Assembly: GCA_964187785.1 (NCBI GenBank) | Contig: OZ076420.1 | Span: 32,302,001 to 32,366,000, forward strand | Length of the DNA: 64,000 bases | Direction: 5' to 3' | DNA from: Amphiscolops sp. MND2022 | Taxonomy: Eukaryota | In this document: positions 36,801 through 47,911 of the stretch, piece after piece | How positions within the stretch are numbered: position 1 is the stretch's first letter | Layout: every line of letters begins with the position of its first letter | Position numbers and translations under genes: made by a program | The notes under the pieces: model-generated | Databases searched by the model: none | The model's input: only the letters and a program-made list of their open reading frames with translations | What the model was told of the DNA's origin: nothing

Positions 36801-39800
36801 AAGGTAATATTTGCAACTACAAAATTCTCCACGGTGAAAAATTATGGTAATATGGTGACTCGTTGGGAATAATGTTGAAGCATTTCCCAAGATCGTGTGC
36901 GATCCACGTTGCAATCAAAACAAATTACCATGCAAAATGATACGAAACAGCAATTTACCTGAACAAAATTTTGGATTTTAGTTCAAACCAAGCCACTTGG
37001 GGGGATGCGACTGCTGTTAGTCAACTTGGGTTTCCTTCCCAAGCACAAACTGACCGATCACAACCCTTCCGTAAAAATAAGTGTGGTTTTAGGTTGATCA
37101 AAATCTGCTATGAAACACGGTTATAACACGGTTAACAACCAAATTACTTTAGTTAGGGTGAACGTGACTTAGATTTTCCATTATACATTATACAGCTGGG
37201 CCCAAGAAAGAAGTTTTGGTTGGTACCAAATAAACCACGAGAAAAAGAAAAAAAACAAATGAACGTCTTCTCCTTTACACGACCGCAGGTTATACTAGTA
37301 AGCAAAGCTTGCAAAAATGAAGTAATAATTATAGGCATCAATTGTTTTTACCGAGGCTAATAGCAAAAGACATTTTGAAAACATCGTAGATAGAACATCT
37401 TAGGCTCCAGAAAAAACATTTTGAATGGAATTGTTTAGTATGACATGGCTACATCCATGAAAGAACTTTTAGAATTACGGTCACAAAAGTAAACTTTTAG
37501 TCATGACTGGAAAAGAAATTTTATCACACGGCCATGCTCGCAGCAGAAATTTAAAAATTGCAATACAAAAATTTGATCAAGTGCTAAGTTGTAGTAGGAA
37601 CTCTCATGTGAAGCTGCATCAAAATGAAGCAAATAAGGTTTCAAAGACGATCTGCAATAAATTATTTCGAACCAGAGGTGGCGCGAAACAACTGACCATT
37701 ATGACTGAACAACAAATTGTACGCATAGCTCTACCGAGTGAGATATATTGACCAACGCAACGAGTCTCGACAGCGCTTCTCCTGCCCGCTTGACAAGGAC
37801 GTCAAACATATACACCTGAAAGTGTGTAACATCACAATCGAGCAGTCACTAACCGCATTCAGATCGAAATCCGTTGTCTGAAAAATTCGAATTCGTCGAA
37901 AGTGACATTGATTTGTAACGGCAAGCAGTTATCGGTCGCTTAACGCGTTAACAGAGGTGGAGGAACCTGCAGGAATGGGTGAATCGCTCGGGACAGGCGC
38001 CCATCGCCACAGATCCATTTTGCCTCCAGGGCTGAAATACGTCCCGGGGCCGCGGGTGCTTCGACGAATACTGTCCAACCGGTCCCAGTCTTTAATTGCT
38101 AATAGTAACGGGCATCTTTCTGACTCTCTAAAGACCACCGCTTAACTAGCATATAAAAACAATGCCAAGAATAAGGTAAATTTCCAGTTCCAGGGTGACA
38201 TGTGAATAAGATCTAAAATTGGGGAATAAGATCTAAACTAGCGCTAGCGCTACTGAATACAGCCAAAATCACTGTAAATACATGAAAACAGGCACGAATA
38301 TGGCAAACCACACAGCTAAAAAGCTGGGGCGCAGGGGCTCCAAGCACCAAACAAGGATCTTTAGGCAAAAAGACTCATTTTTACGGTTTCCGCTACATAG
38401 GGTAGCATAATGCTGAAAATCGATAAAACCGGTGTTAGCACCTCAAAAAGAGTCTATTTTCGGATGTTCTTGCCGTCTCTGGCTTCTGTCATGGCGGCGC
38501 GCCCGTGTTTTTGCTCGTTCTTGCTCTTTGTTGTCGAAGTACCTGCCAATTTCGTGGAAACAGCGAAAAGAGCAATCACATGCTCAGTGCCACGTCACAC
38601 ATCGGATTAGAATTTTTGACAAAATTTCTGAACAAGTCAAAGTTGCAAAATCGGTTGATATTGCTGTACCAGAGCTTGCCGTTACAATTGCTAAACTGAC
38701 GTGGACAGCCAATGTGTTTGCCCGATTGCTCAAAGTACCTCTTCGCCAAATTGAAGAAAGCTGCGCACGTACAAAGACCGTGAAAGCAAGAATGCTTGTT
38801 AGAAGATCGCCTGCGGAAATATTCAAGTAGTAGATGCTGAGATGCTGTGCTATTAACACTGAACCTGATTATATATTGCCGTTGACGTGTCTTTTAGCAT
38901 GTTCCTGTTTTTGGTAATAAACTCCTACTTAGGAGTGCGATAGCCTATTCTCCTCGCACGGTCCTTGTGTCCACTTTCTTGTTGTTTTACAATACCAATA
39001 TATTGTACTTTATTGTACCTATTTGATGTCTTAGCTCGTGAGCTACACTGTTTTAATAACTGCAAATGGGAATTTCATTGGTTATCACCAACGCCCGTTT
39101 TGAAAGCTGAGGGCTCAAGAGGAACAAGGAAGATACTTGTTGTTTTCAGCGGTTACAGACTGGGATAGGTCGCAAGTACTCCTAGGAAGTCCTAGGAAGC
39201 GGAACTTCCTCCCTGGCGGACTCCTCCACCTTCAGTAATTTGAGAAGCGACCGGTTTTTGCTTGCCGTTGCAAATGTTATGATTCGACAATTTTGTCGAT
39301 TCTACCTTCAACTTAAACTGATGGTTCAGTACCATATGTCGGCCAGATTATGATCAGTCTCGCTCTGAAGCTCACGTGAACTAACAGCAATTTTTTGTCG
39401 AAGCTTCAGATGTCAAACATGCAATGGTTCTAGAACAGTTCACCAAAGATATTCCATTCTTCTGAAAGGCTGAGTGGAAAATCATGTGAACCCAATTGGG
39501 TGAAAAAAAATTCGGTTACTTATGTAGCTTCCATTTCATGAACGACAGAAATATGTTGTTCCCCAGTAAAATAACATCGAAAATGTTGCAGATTCCATTG
39601 CCAAGAAACTTCGAAAACTGACTCTTTAGTACTCGCGGTTTTGATAGAGCAGCGCAGCTAAGTTTAGTCAGTCTTTGTGGTTCACTTGATAACAAATCGA
39701 CTGATTCTTTTGGTGTCATACTTAGAGAGTATGACCAAACAATTTGGGTAAGATGAAAGAAAACGTAAGCATTAATATTATAATTTTGCTTTGGAGATTG

Positions 39801-42800
39801 AAAACAAGAAAGTTAGTCTCACTCTCTGTTTTTTTGTAGACAGCTGTTTTTTGTTAAATTCTACACACAGCTGTTCCAAAGTATTTCTTGATACTAAAGT
39901 CGAGAGATGTTTCTTTTTTTTAAAAAAAATCAAATCATCATGAGAGAATGTTTTGCTAGGTGCAACTCAAAATTCGACTGTCCAGACGGATCTGACGAGG
40001 ATGAGAATTTTTGTGATCCCCTCTTGACGCAAGATGAATTCGTATGCTGCACAATCAACAAGAAGATCCCCTTGAGCAAAGTTTGCGACAAGTATGACGA
40101 CTGTGCAAGAGATAAATCCGATCAAGTTTTGGAGTCTTGTAGGAACCAGATGGGAGGAGAGCTCTACTGTTTTATGCCTTACGGGGGTGAGAGTCTGTAT
40201 ATGCGAGAAATCTTGGGAGTCACAGAGAGTCAGCTGAATGACGGCAATATAGACTGTATGTTCGCTGCTGACGAAACTTGCGTTTGGAAAAGTTCCACAA
40301 AACCATGGCAGCATCCTTACAAAGGTGGAGATTTTTCTGAATACTTCAAATTTCTAGAGCTTTTGGCCACCAAACCTGCATCTTCCCGATGGTACACAAT
40401 GGCTACTAGAGAAGAAATCTATCAATTGGGTCATGATATTGAAGTAAGGAACGTTCACCTCTTTTTTCATGCCATTTTCGTTCGCAAAAAAATTGGAAAC
40501 CTTACTTTGGTGCAGTTTTTCAACTGCATTTTCGAACTTCAATTGAATTTACTGATTCAACTGAACTGAACAAAAAGATAAGTGGTTTCAAATGGAACAT
40601 ACGTTAGAAGTTTGATATAACGTTCAAGCGTGATATAAATCGATTATGAAAAGCATAACTCCGTGATAGACAACTTTCTGTTTCTATGTCTTGCCAAGCA
40701 AAAGACGGGGACTCAAGGATAATTAACGTTGAACTTTCAACTCGATTTGTTTTTCAATTTTTAAGGAGAGGAACAATCGAAATTCGGTGGTGTTTGTTTC
40801 CAAAACTTTCTACAGTAGTCAGTTTCGGGATCGCTCCAATAGTTAAAAATGTCCGTGTAACTCAGATGCTCGGTCCTAGTCACTCCTAGAACCCAGGCAG
40901 AAATCGGTGGGTTCAGTTCCTCCTGCCAAATCTAAAATTGTCATCATTTTTTAACAGGATAACTGTGCTGTTGTTTTACCGGTGGGTCATTTGAGAGCTC
41001 AGCAAAAGCTAGTCGGAAAGTAGCCTAGAAATGGTTTTCAAAAAGTCAGAGGTTGTCCAGCATTTCAACGCGAAGTATTTAGAAGTTGTTCAAGTTCTTT
41101 CCGTTCAAGTTGTGAAACTGATTGACCAGAGAGTTTGCGAAGAAAAAGTAAACTTACCCGTTAAACGAAAAAAATATGTTTTTCAAATTTCAATCACTAA
41201 TGTTTCTGTCGCAAGATCTCTTGCAGAGATAGATATGGACTCCGACAATTCAAGAAGGGGAAAAGTGCCACCGTACATTGCTTTTTTCTGAATGACACGA
41301 ATGAGTACTTTTTGAATTCAAAGAGGGTGGTTGTTCGCCAATTATCGCTTAGTAAGATAGAAAATGGTTGTGCAAATGCCCCGGTAGCGGACCCTTACTA
41401 CCATACTCTGACTACTACTACTAAGAATGTGAAAAGGTTTCATCGGCAAACAAAATTTTTGTTGATGGAACTTTCTCGTTATATAATCCAGCAAACATGA
41501 TTCTAAAAAACGATCTTAATGGTGAAGATGCGTTCGCAATTTCATATTGGTTTAAGTTTGCTCAGTTCCTCGTTAGTTCCTTTTGATAAGTTGAAAGTTT
41601 CAATTTGATGAGTCATCATGGTTCGTTCTTTCATAGTGTTCCCTGGTGATTTTTTGACGATTTTTCTTCTCTTCAGATAATTACGGTTTCTTTGCAACAC
41701 TTTTACGCTCATTTTGATTACTTTACAGTTTTTGAGGTACCTAAATGAGTATTTTCTCCAGGACGCTTTCTTTTGGGGCGAAATGTGGCAATGATTGTAA
41801 TTTATATAGAAATAGTCATTAGCTAGATGCGACAATGTGTCGAAAAGTGTGCACAGAAAGTTCTCTGCTAGTTTCTAATTCTGTGAAGTTGTCTTGGAAA
41901 ATCTTTAAAGGGCATTCAACAATTTATCAACAACAAAAGCTTGAAAATGGCCAAGGAAAAGTTAATTGGGCCCCAAGTTGGGCTTCATTCTCAGCAGAGG
42001 GAGGAGTTATCCTTATTGGGACGTTTTTTTGCAGTACTATATGCACCGTTTTTGATTTTGTTGTTTCAATTAGAAGCAATCTTATCTGAAAGAGCAAAAT
42101 CTGGTAAGCAAAATCTTTGTTTCGTAGCTGCCCTTATTGTCTTAACATCTTACTAAATCAACGTTGAATAAGCTACCTTGGACACATTCATCAACCTTGT
42201 CATCGGGGTTTGTTTATCTGATACTGGTTTTTTCAGGACATGGTGGTGACATGCGTGAATAACAACAAAGTCTGTAACGAGAGTCTTCAGATTGAGGAAG
42301 TTTTGTCTCAAGCTTACGGGAAATGTTTCTCATTCATTCAAAACTCGACAGTCGTGGCCAGTGGACCAGCGTATGGTCTTCAACTTCTATTCAACCTGGA
42401 AATCAATGAAAACATGGGTCTCTTCTCACCTCGCAGTGGCTTGAAACTCTACTTGACACCCCCTGGCTTATTTGGAGCAGCCGAAGACTTGTACGTCAAC
42501 TGGGACTCAGAGATCAACTTGACTCCCGGATCCGAGCATTCGATATCTGTGCACCCGAAAAAAGTCACCAAGTTGGGTCTACCTTACAGTGACTGTGAGA
42601 TTTACACAAATGGCCGACTCGAAGTCTATAATTCCCAGAGAGAGTGTCAAAAAATATGTTTACTCAAGTAGGTGCCTAACGAAGTGTTTCACAGAACTCG
42701 AAGTGTTTTTTTTTCAGAAGTTAGAAATTAGGGGGGTCAGTAGGGGGGTCAAGAATGACAAGTGAAGCCTGCCAGCATTCGACGCAATATTCAACACCTG

Positions 42801-44002
42801 TTTCAACATTGTCAACATAATTACTGGCCAATATGCTGGTTGAGTCATTTTTGAATCGGCGAGCCGAATCGGCCACAATAAATATAAACATCTACCTCAT
42901 TGAATTTTAATCAAGAACGCAAGCTTAAGGCAAAAATTTCAAAACGATTGCGGCAAATTCCGCTGAAATTGACTGAAATTCATTCTTCAAGGTTTGTTAT
43001 TTTACCAAAATCCACGGACGCTAAAGTTGCTGCCAAACTCATTGATTCCTGCTCATGTACTTTGCAATGTACAACCTAGAAAAGAGTTTCTATCAGTTGA
43101 TTTCACCGTAAAATAAACTAAATTCGGAACTGCGACGATGATTAAGTGCTCATTTTGGTATTGATTAATGAAGATTTCTTCTTTTTTATTATAATCCAAA
43201 ATTGAGTTGAAAATCTTAAAAAATTCCAACTTTTCTTATCTAAAAACATTTTTTTATTTTTTCAGTTATTGTATTTAAGTAATGTTATTTCATTTCTAGT
43301 CGACAATTTGAGGAATGTCAATGTGTGGATGACATTTTCATGAAAGGAGCCCCATTGTGCTCATTGGACCAAACAGAAGCTCGAGGTTGCGTGGATCAAC
43401 TGAAAAACTTGTTCAACCCCAACCTAGATTGTGACTGTCCAAACGACTGCAACAGTTTAACTTATGACGTCACAATAACAAAACTCGAATGGCCGACTAA
43501 ACGCTCGTTTCCTCAATTTGTCATGTCTGTTCACAAATCACTGAGAAGTAACATTTCGCAAGTCTTTCTTCTGGAAACATTGTCCAAATATAAATATGAA
43601 GACCCGTTTATGGATAACTCTGACCATGCTGCTTTGGCACTTTGGTCAGTCCAGTCAACATTCGGGCGATTTTCGGTTTACTTCTCCGACCTTTCGATGA
43701 CAGTGATTGACGAAAGACCAGTGTACAATTTTGTGATGGTCATTTCGAACTTTGGAGGGCTTCTCGGCCTATATCTGGGAATCAGTGTACTCACTGTTTT
43801 GGAAATCCTTGAATTTGGTTTTGACTTCATCGAGTATGTCAATTTGCAGGGAAAACAAGCCGGAATTCGAAAAATTGCACAGCAACCTCCAGTACTATGC
43901 GACCCAGAAGGTGGAATGTCTTTGGATTTTTCGGCTGATCAATATCTGAAGAAGAAAGACAGCATCACGAAAACGGGAGATGACACACTTCAGGAAAAAT
44001 GA
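12256..44002 (+). CDS. DEG/ENaC (ASC family) ion channel subunit with LDLa-like repeats in the ectodomain; spliced model join(12256..12875,36482..36684,39960..40443,42237..42667,43300..44002)
   Basis: GT-AG introns with compatible phases 0,2,0,2; 2418 nt from ATG 12279 = 805 aa + stop. Motifs: pre-TM1 HG (CTAHGIPKV), TM1, PTVTICNSN, LGHDIEDMVVTC, YGKCFSF, GLKLYL, Cys-rich thumb (CQKIC..ECQC..CDCPNDC), VYF, TM2 SNFGGLLGLYLGISVLTVLE with a G-x-S filter. An upstream exon is probably missing from the model. Confidence 0.93.
13280..14850 (-). mobile_element. Ty3/gypsy pol fragment (RT-RH junction to integrase N-terminus), heavily decayed
   Basis: SKINQNGIKPLKDNVFAIKK (RT/RH tether), LTTNVSSRGLG (RH DAS..GLG-like), LTDHQELE, IILPTKLRTTVMSLLH (pre-integrase zinc finger). 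No LTR found. Confidence 0.7.
15992..17287 (-). mobile_element. Long LTR with a decayed MPPTKKQK-type ORF (probable 3' LTR of the element to its right)
   Basis: Minus strand ends ...CCTTACA at 15992 with no PBS. ORF from ATG 16558 (frameshift in an A7 run) resembles the ORFs at 4418 and 58797. CCAAT motif at 17001-17015. The start at 17287 (TGTAGCGCT) is tentative. Confidence 0.6.
17306..17340. repeat. 10-bp minisatellite (ctatactacg) about 3.5 copies
   Basis: ctatactacggtatactacgctatactacgctata. Confidence 0.7.
20521..22806 (+). pseudogene. Decayed zinc-finger (BED-like) protein, possibly hAT-transposase-derived
   Basis: FYCQICGTNVSIFSKGARELVWHYQLESH (C-x2-C...H-x5-H), then fragments YFLEFELKGTHCSVFIRFW, SLVSVSGCP, LMHR and C-terminal LLLPVDQATFCFTSL. 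Confidence 0.5.
21834..27257. repeat. Tandem segmental duplication, period 2751 bp
   Basis: 21834-24506 matches 24585-27257 with only about 7 substitutions seen by eye; the ORF track is duplicated at an offset of 2751. Confidence 0.97.
22835..24584 (+). mobile_element. Duplicated 5' LTR (22835-24209), PBS and start of gag/protease of the TAAGT element
   Basis: TAAGT then TGTCGCAG...GTCTCAACA, then PBS TGGTGACAGG at 24210; degenerate protease VLINLGAMVTCMP. Confidence 0.9.
26960..29340 (+). pseudogene. pol: gag-pol remnants (gag largely deleted; PR, RT, RNase H, integrase zinc finger)
   Basis: YYGIITTL and KLDCSQA (RT), PVVILTDNKSVTRF and NTAADFLS (RH), YPGMAARIAHYITRCTDC (IN HHCC); many frameshifts. 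Confidence 0.85.
29708..33200 (-). pseudogene. Antisense accessory ORF(s) inside the LTR element, decayed; not env-like
   Basis: Chain of minus-strand fragments (32973-33200, 31837-32079, 31193-31459, 30741-31088, 30520-30765, 30208-30513, 29708-30295) between integrase and the 3' LTR. No signal peptide or TM helix recognised. Confidence 0.55.
33608..33855 (+). pseudogene. Decayed sense accessory ORF just upstream of the 3' LTR
   Basis: MSSLDFNRSSDCFILDCDQDTYLS...IIEDVYEVIETESEPVIL, with internal stops; divergent from the antisense ORF starting at about 33200. Confidence 0.35.
36482..36684 (+). CDS. DEG/ENaC exon: rest of LDLa-like repeat 1 and first half of repeat 2
   Basis: tttctcag|gtt acceptor; VYVACDSYSCIPIRYMCDNYYDCP...DESVELCGVCPFTMFQCDDGSCIEPFL; donor ag|gtaatc (phase 2). 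Confidence 0.92.
37945..38630 (+). repeat. Dispersed repeat, copy A (inverted copy at 50673-51360); unclassified, probably transposon-derived
   Basis: Shared blocks ggaggcaaaatgga, tgggcgcctgtcccg, cagggtgac, aataagatctaaa, aaaaagactcat, aagtacctgccaatttc, aaacagcgaaaa. Confidence 0.75.
39960..40443 (+). CDS. DEG/ENaC exon: end of LDLa repeat 2, degenerate repeats 3-4, return to the finger/palm
   Basis: ttttgctag|g acceptor; CNSKFDCPDGSDEDENFC, EFVC..IPLSKVCDKYDDC..SDQ..C, LNDGNIDCMFAADETC, ATREEIYQLGHDIE; donor gaa|gtaagg. Confidence 0.92.
40960..41830 (-). mobile_element. Possible decayed CACTA/EnSpm-like DDE transposase remnant
   Basis: Fragments ILFADETF..SSSSQSM and QFHNL...MLDNL*LFENH loosely resemble the NxDG..SS and H..LDNFSAFPFEN motifs of that superfamily; many stops. 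Confidence 0.28.
42237..42667 (+). CDS. DEG/ENaC exon: palm/beta-ball and start of thumb
   Basis: ttttttcag|gac acceptor; DMVVTC..YGKCFSF..GPAYGLQLLFN..GLKLYL..PYSDC..ECQKICLL; donor aa|gtaggt (phase 2). Confidence 0.93.
43300..44002 (+). CDS. DEG/ENaC last exon: thumb, TM2, C-terminal tail
   Basis: atttctag|t acceptor; RQFEECQCV..CDCPNDC..VYFSDLS..SNFGGLLGLYLGISVLTVLE; TGA at 44000-44002. Confidence 0.94.
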
Positions 44003-44919
44003 AATGTATGAAGTGTTCCCATTTTTTGAACATTTGTTGATTTCATCTTTGAATTTCACAAGTAATAGACTTACCTACCCACTGCGCACAGATTTCTCGA
44101 AACATTTATATTTATCCGAGCTAATCGAACAATTTCCCAAATTTTTGCATATAAAGTGAAAACAAAAAAACGTATCATTCAGTTTGAAAAAGTTTTGCTT
44201 TTTCATAGACCAACAATTGAATAAATTAAAACGCAATTAGTGTTTGCTACATAAGACATTGAGTTTGAAAGGCAACGCGCTAAACAAATTTTCCATAGTA
44301 ACTCATCGAACAAGCCGGAACAGCGCCCGCTCAAGGTTCGTAAGTGTAAAGTTTCTTGAATATGCAAAGGACACTTTTGTCAAAAGTTTATCAACTTTAC
44401 AGTGTCGCAAAATATCAGAATGGATATGCAAAAGACTCGAACACCGCTTTTCCTCAACTTGAAACATCAAAAAACGGATATTGTTGAAAGGTCTCACGGC
44501 AAAAGTCTCATAGTGCTGAAAAAGAAGCTTTACGCTCGTGAAACCCTAGATCTATTCTACAATCATTGAGGAAACTCATCAGTTCCGAACGATCAGAACA
44601 AGTTTTTGAAAAGGTCTCACTCTGCAAAAAAACGCAAAAGAGGGAACCCTTTGGGCTTTTTACCATCCAGTTGGATGCAAAAAATTAAAATAACTAAAGA
44701 GGGGACCCGTTGGCGACTTTCATATTCTTGACTGCGGGAAAACCTTCGTTATTTATTCAGTCAATAACAATTCAAAGTTATGTGCTAATCAATTATTTTT
44801 GAATCATTCATTCAGAACAAAAATCACATCCCCTCCTCTTTGAATACTAGTCATAGGAGGATTTCAAGCAATAACATATAAGAAAAACGTATGAACATAT
44901 CAGACTATACGTTAACATT

Positions 44920-47700
44920 TCATTGTCGCGCTTGAAACTTATTAGTTTTTGTTGTATTCCTGAAAGGATACCGTCTCATTGGATTATCGGAGGCATGATT
45001 ATCCGGCTGCGTATTATCGGTTATCGGAAGAAGACAACTCCAGATGATCAAAAAATTTGAGATATTCAATTCTTTTAGTTGAGGCAGGGGCAACTCATGA
45101 TAAACTCCATGTTCGCCCATCATCAAGTGTAACAGTAGTTTTTCTTCGTTTAAGTATTTTCTTTGGCTTGAAAAACTTGTAATGCAATTTTTTGTTTTGA
45201 CGAATCGGGTCTTTAACTCGAACCCAACACAAAGTTCAAACTTTTTGAAAAGATTTTGTTTCGGCGTCGATAGACCAGGGAAAACATTTGTATTATTTAA
45301 ACTCATGGATGGAAGCTTTGCTATAAGAGCTGTACATTTCGTTCTCATTTTTCCCCTAAATCATTTCATAAAGGGATTTTCCCAATGCAGGATGAATTAT
45401 ACTTCGTTAAGTTTGTAGCACGGATTTTAATATATCGTACCAGCTGCGCGAATCTTCAAAATTGGTTTGCGACAATTTTTGTATGGTTCGATTGAATCGT
45501 TCAACGAGACAATTACTGCGAGGGCAATACAATGGACTATACTTCAAGGCAGCACCTTGATGAGTGATAAAAGTTTTGAACTCAGTGCTGGTGAACGAAG
45601 AACCTTCATCACAGCGAATTAACTCAGGTACCCCAAAAGGAGCAGAAAATCTTTCAAAGACAAAATTATTTGTTTCGCTTGTGTGTTAGGAAGCGCATAA
45701 ATTTCAGGCCATCTCGAGTATTCATCAACAACACGAAGTAAATACTTAAAGTTACTCGGTGCATCGTTGTAAAGACCACTAAAATATATATTGATAGTTG
45801 CAAATATTTTATCTGCTGTAATGATTTTCCCATGCGGAACATCTCGAACAACTTGTTCTTTATTAATTTTTATCAATCTCACAACGATCTGGGTATTTTT
45901 AACCATCTGTTCCAACATAGCTGAACTTTTTGGCCACCAAGCAAAACACCGCAACTGATGCTTAGAACGGACAATTCCAAAATGGTCTTCATGAGCTAGT
46001 TGGAGAGCTTTTGAATGAAGACTTTCAGGCATTACAATGGTTGCACCTCGGCCTACACAGGATTTAGCCCAACAATAAAGTTCATTACGAACTGCAAAGT
46101 AAGGTAGTATCATTTCATCCATCACATTTGGTCTGGGCTAAACATTGAAAAATAAAAATGCGGACTTTGACCAATATTTCGTCCTGTTTGGACGCATAGT
46201 CAACTTCATCTACTGTGAAAGCAGACAAGTCACTAAAAAGGGCATTTATAACAAACGAATCATCATCACTAGATGAACGATCGACGGGTAATCGCGAAAG
46301 TGCATCAGCCACTGTATTGTCTTTTCCAGTTTTGTGTACTACACTAAAAGTGTAGCGTAATAACCTAGCAGACCAACATGCAAGTCTCAGTGGACGAACA
46401 CCGTCCCCAATGTCACCATTTTTGAGCTGCAGTAGAGATTTATGGTCAGTTTTCAAGGTGAAGTGTTTACCCCACAAGAACCTTTCGAACCTTCCACAAG
46501 TACAAAAACAAGCTAACTATTACAATTCAGGAACGTTATACTCTTTTTCAAATTCTTGTAACGAACGAGACAAAAATGAAACTGTTTTGTATTCGCCATT
46601 TTCTTGCAACTGTGATAATTCACCACCGATTCCAAGTTTGGAAGCATCACCTGTACCTTTTTGCTAGAGGATATTACATTGCCAGAAGTTTAGCACTATT
46701 TAACTTTTTTGAAGTCATTTGAATTCTTCTGTATGACGTTCTGTCCACTTAAGACAACATTTTAATGAAGTAGTTTATAAAAATCGGCAGCTTTAGAAGA
46801 ATACATACTTTGCAAGATCTTTCGATAGTGACTAAATAATCCTAGAGCAGAAGCTAAGGATTGTTTTTCGTAAGGAATTTTCACTTCAGCAATTGAAGTC
46901 AAATTATTCTCAAGAATAGCAAACTCATTAAGACCCAGTTTGAGGCCAAGCCATTCGATGTTCGTTTTCTCAAACTCACATTTGTCTTAATTAGTTACCA
47001 ATCCATTGGATTGCAATTTAGTCAAAAGAGCATTTAATCTTTCATCATGTTCTTCCTTTGTAGAACTACAAACAATGATGTCGTCAAGAAAGCTGAAACA
47101 ACCTTTCAAGTCAGCTAGGATTATGTCCATTATTTTTTGAAATTTTGGAGGAACGTCTCGTAACCCAAATGGTGTTCTGAGAAATTTGTAAAGTCAAGTG
47201 CAGACGTTAAGTGTTTGAATTGACTGGAAGTTGATGGTAAGCATTAGATAGGTCTATTTTTGAATAAACTTTTGCCCTCGTTATCGAATTTACTGTAGAC
47301 TCATTGTTAGGTAGAGGGTAGGGATACTTCTTTGTCGCTTTGTTGACTTCTCGCAAGTCACAGCCAAGCCGAACTTTTTCCGTTTTTTCTCCATGAAACA
47401 ACATGAGGACTGACACAATCAGTATCAGCATTGGCACACGGTTGAAGGACACTCAGTGAACGAAGTTTTTTAACTTCTTTCTCGACATGGTCTTTCATTG
47501 CAAAATGAAGAGGACGAGCTTTCGAAATAACGGGAGTAATTGTTTCTTCGATTGTTGAAGACAAAACAAAGTTTTTTGCATGACCAAGAGTATCAGAATC
47601 CAACGATTTTGTAAAGTTCTATTTGAGGATACATCCTGAGCTTGTTTCTGGTATGCAAGTATGTACACGGTTCAATTGTGTATCGTTTATCGATATTGAA
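44920..47700 (-). pseudogene. pol: pol remnants (RT, RNase H, integrase)
   Basis: VRLGCDLREVNK..YPLP..SKIDLSNAYHQL (RT), FTLKTDHKSL..HKTGKDNTVADALSRLP (RH), LAHEDHFGIVR..WWP and LRVVDEYSRWPE (IN), RRYPFR tail. Confidence 0.9.
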
Positions 47701-47911
47701 GTTTGTAGTTTGTCTAGAATATCGAGGCCAATCAAAGAAATTCGCTGAGCTACATAAAAGTCGTTGTTACATAAAAGTTACATAACAGAACCACTCGTTA
47801 TTTCGAAAATTAAAAGTCCATGATCATCAATAGCAGAACCACCATAACCAGTAATTTTGATCGGATTTTAGGGCACTTTTTGTTAGGAAAAAACTTGTAA
47901 AATGTATCTTT

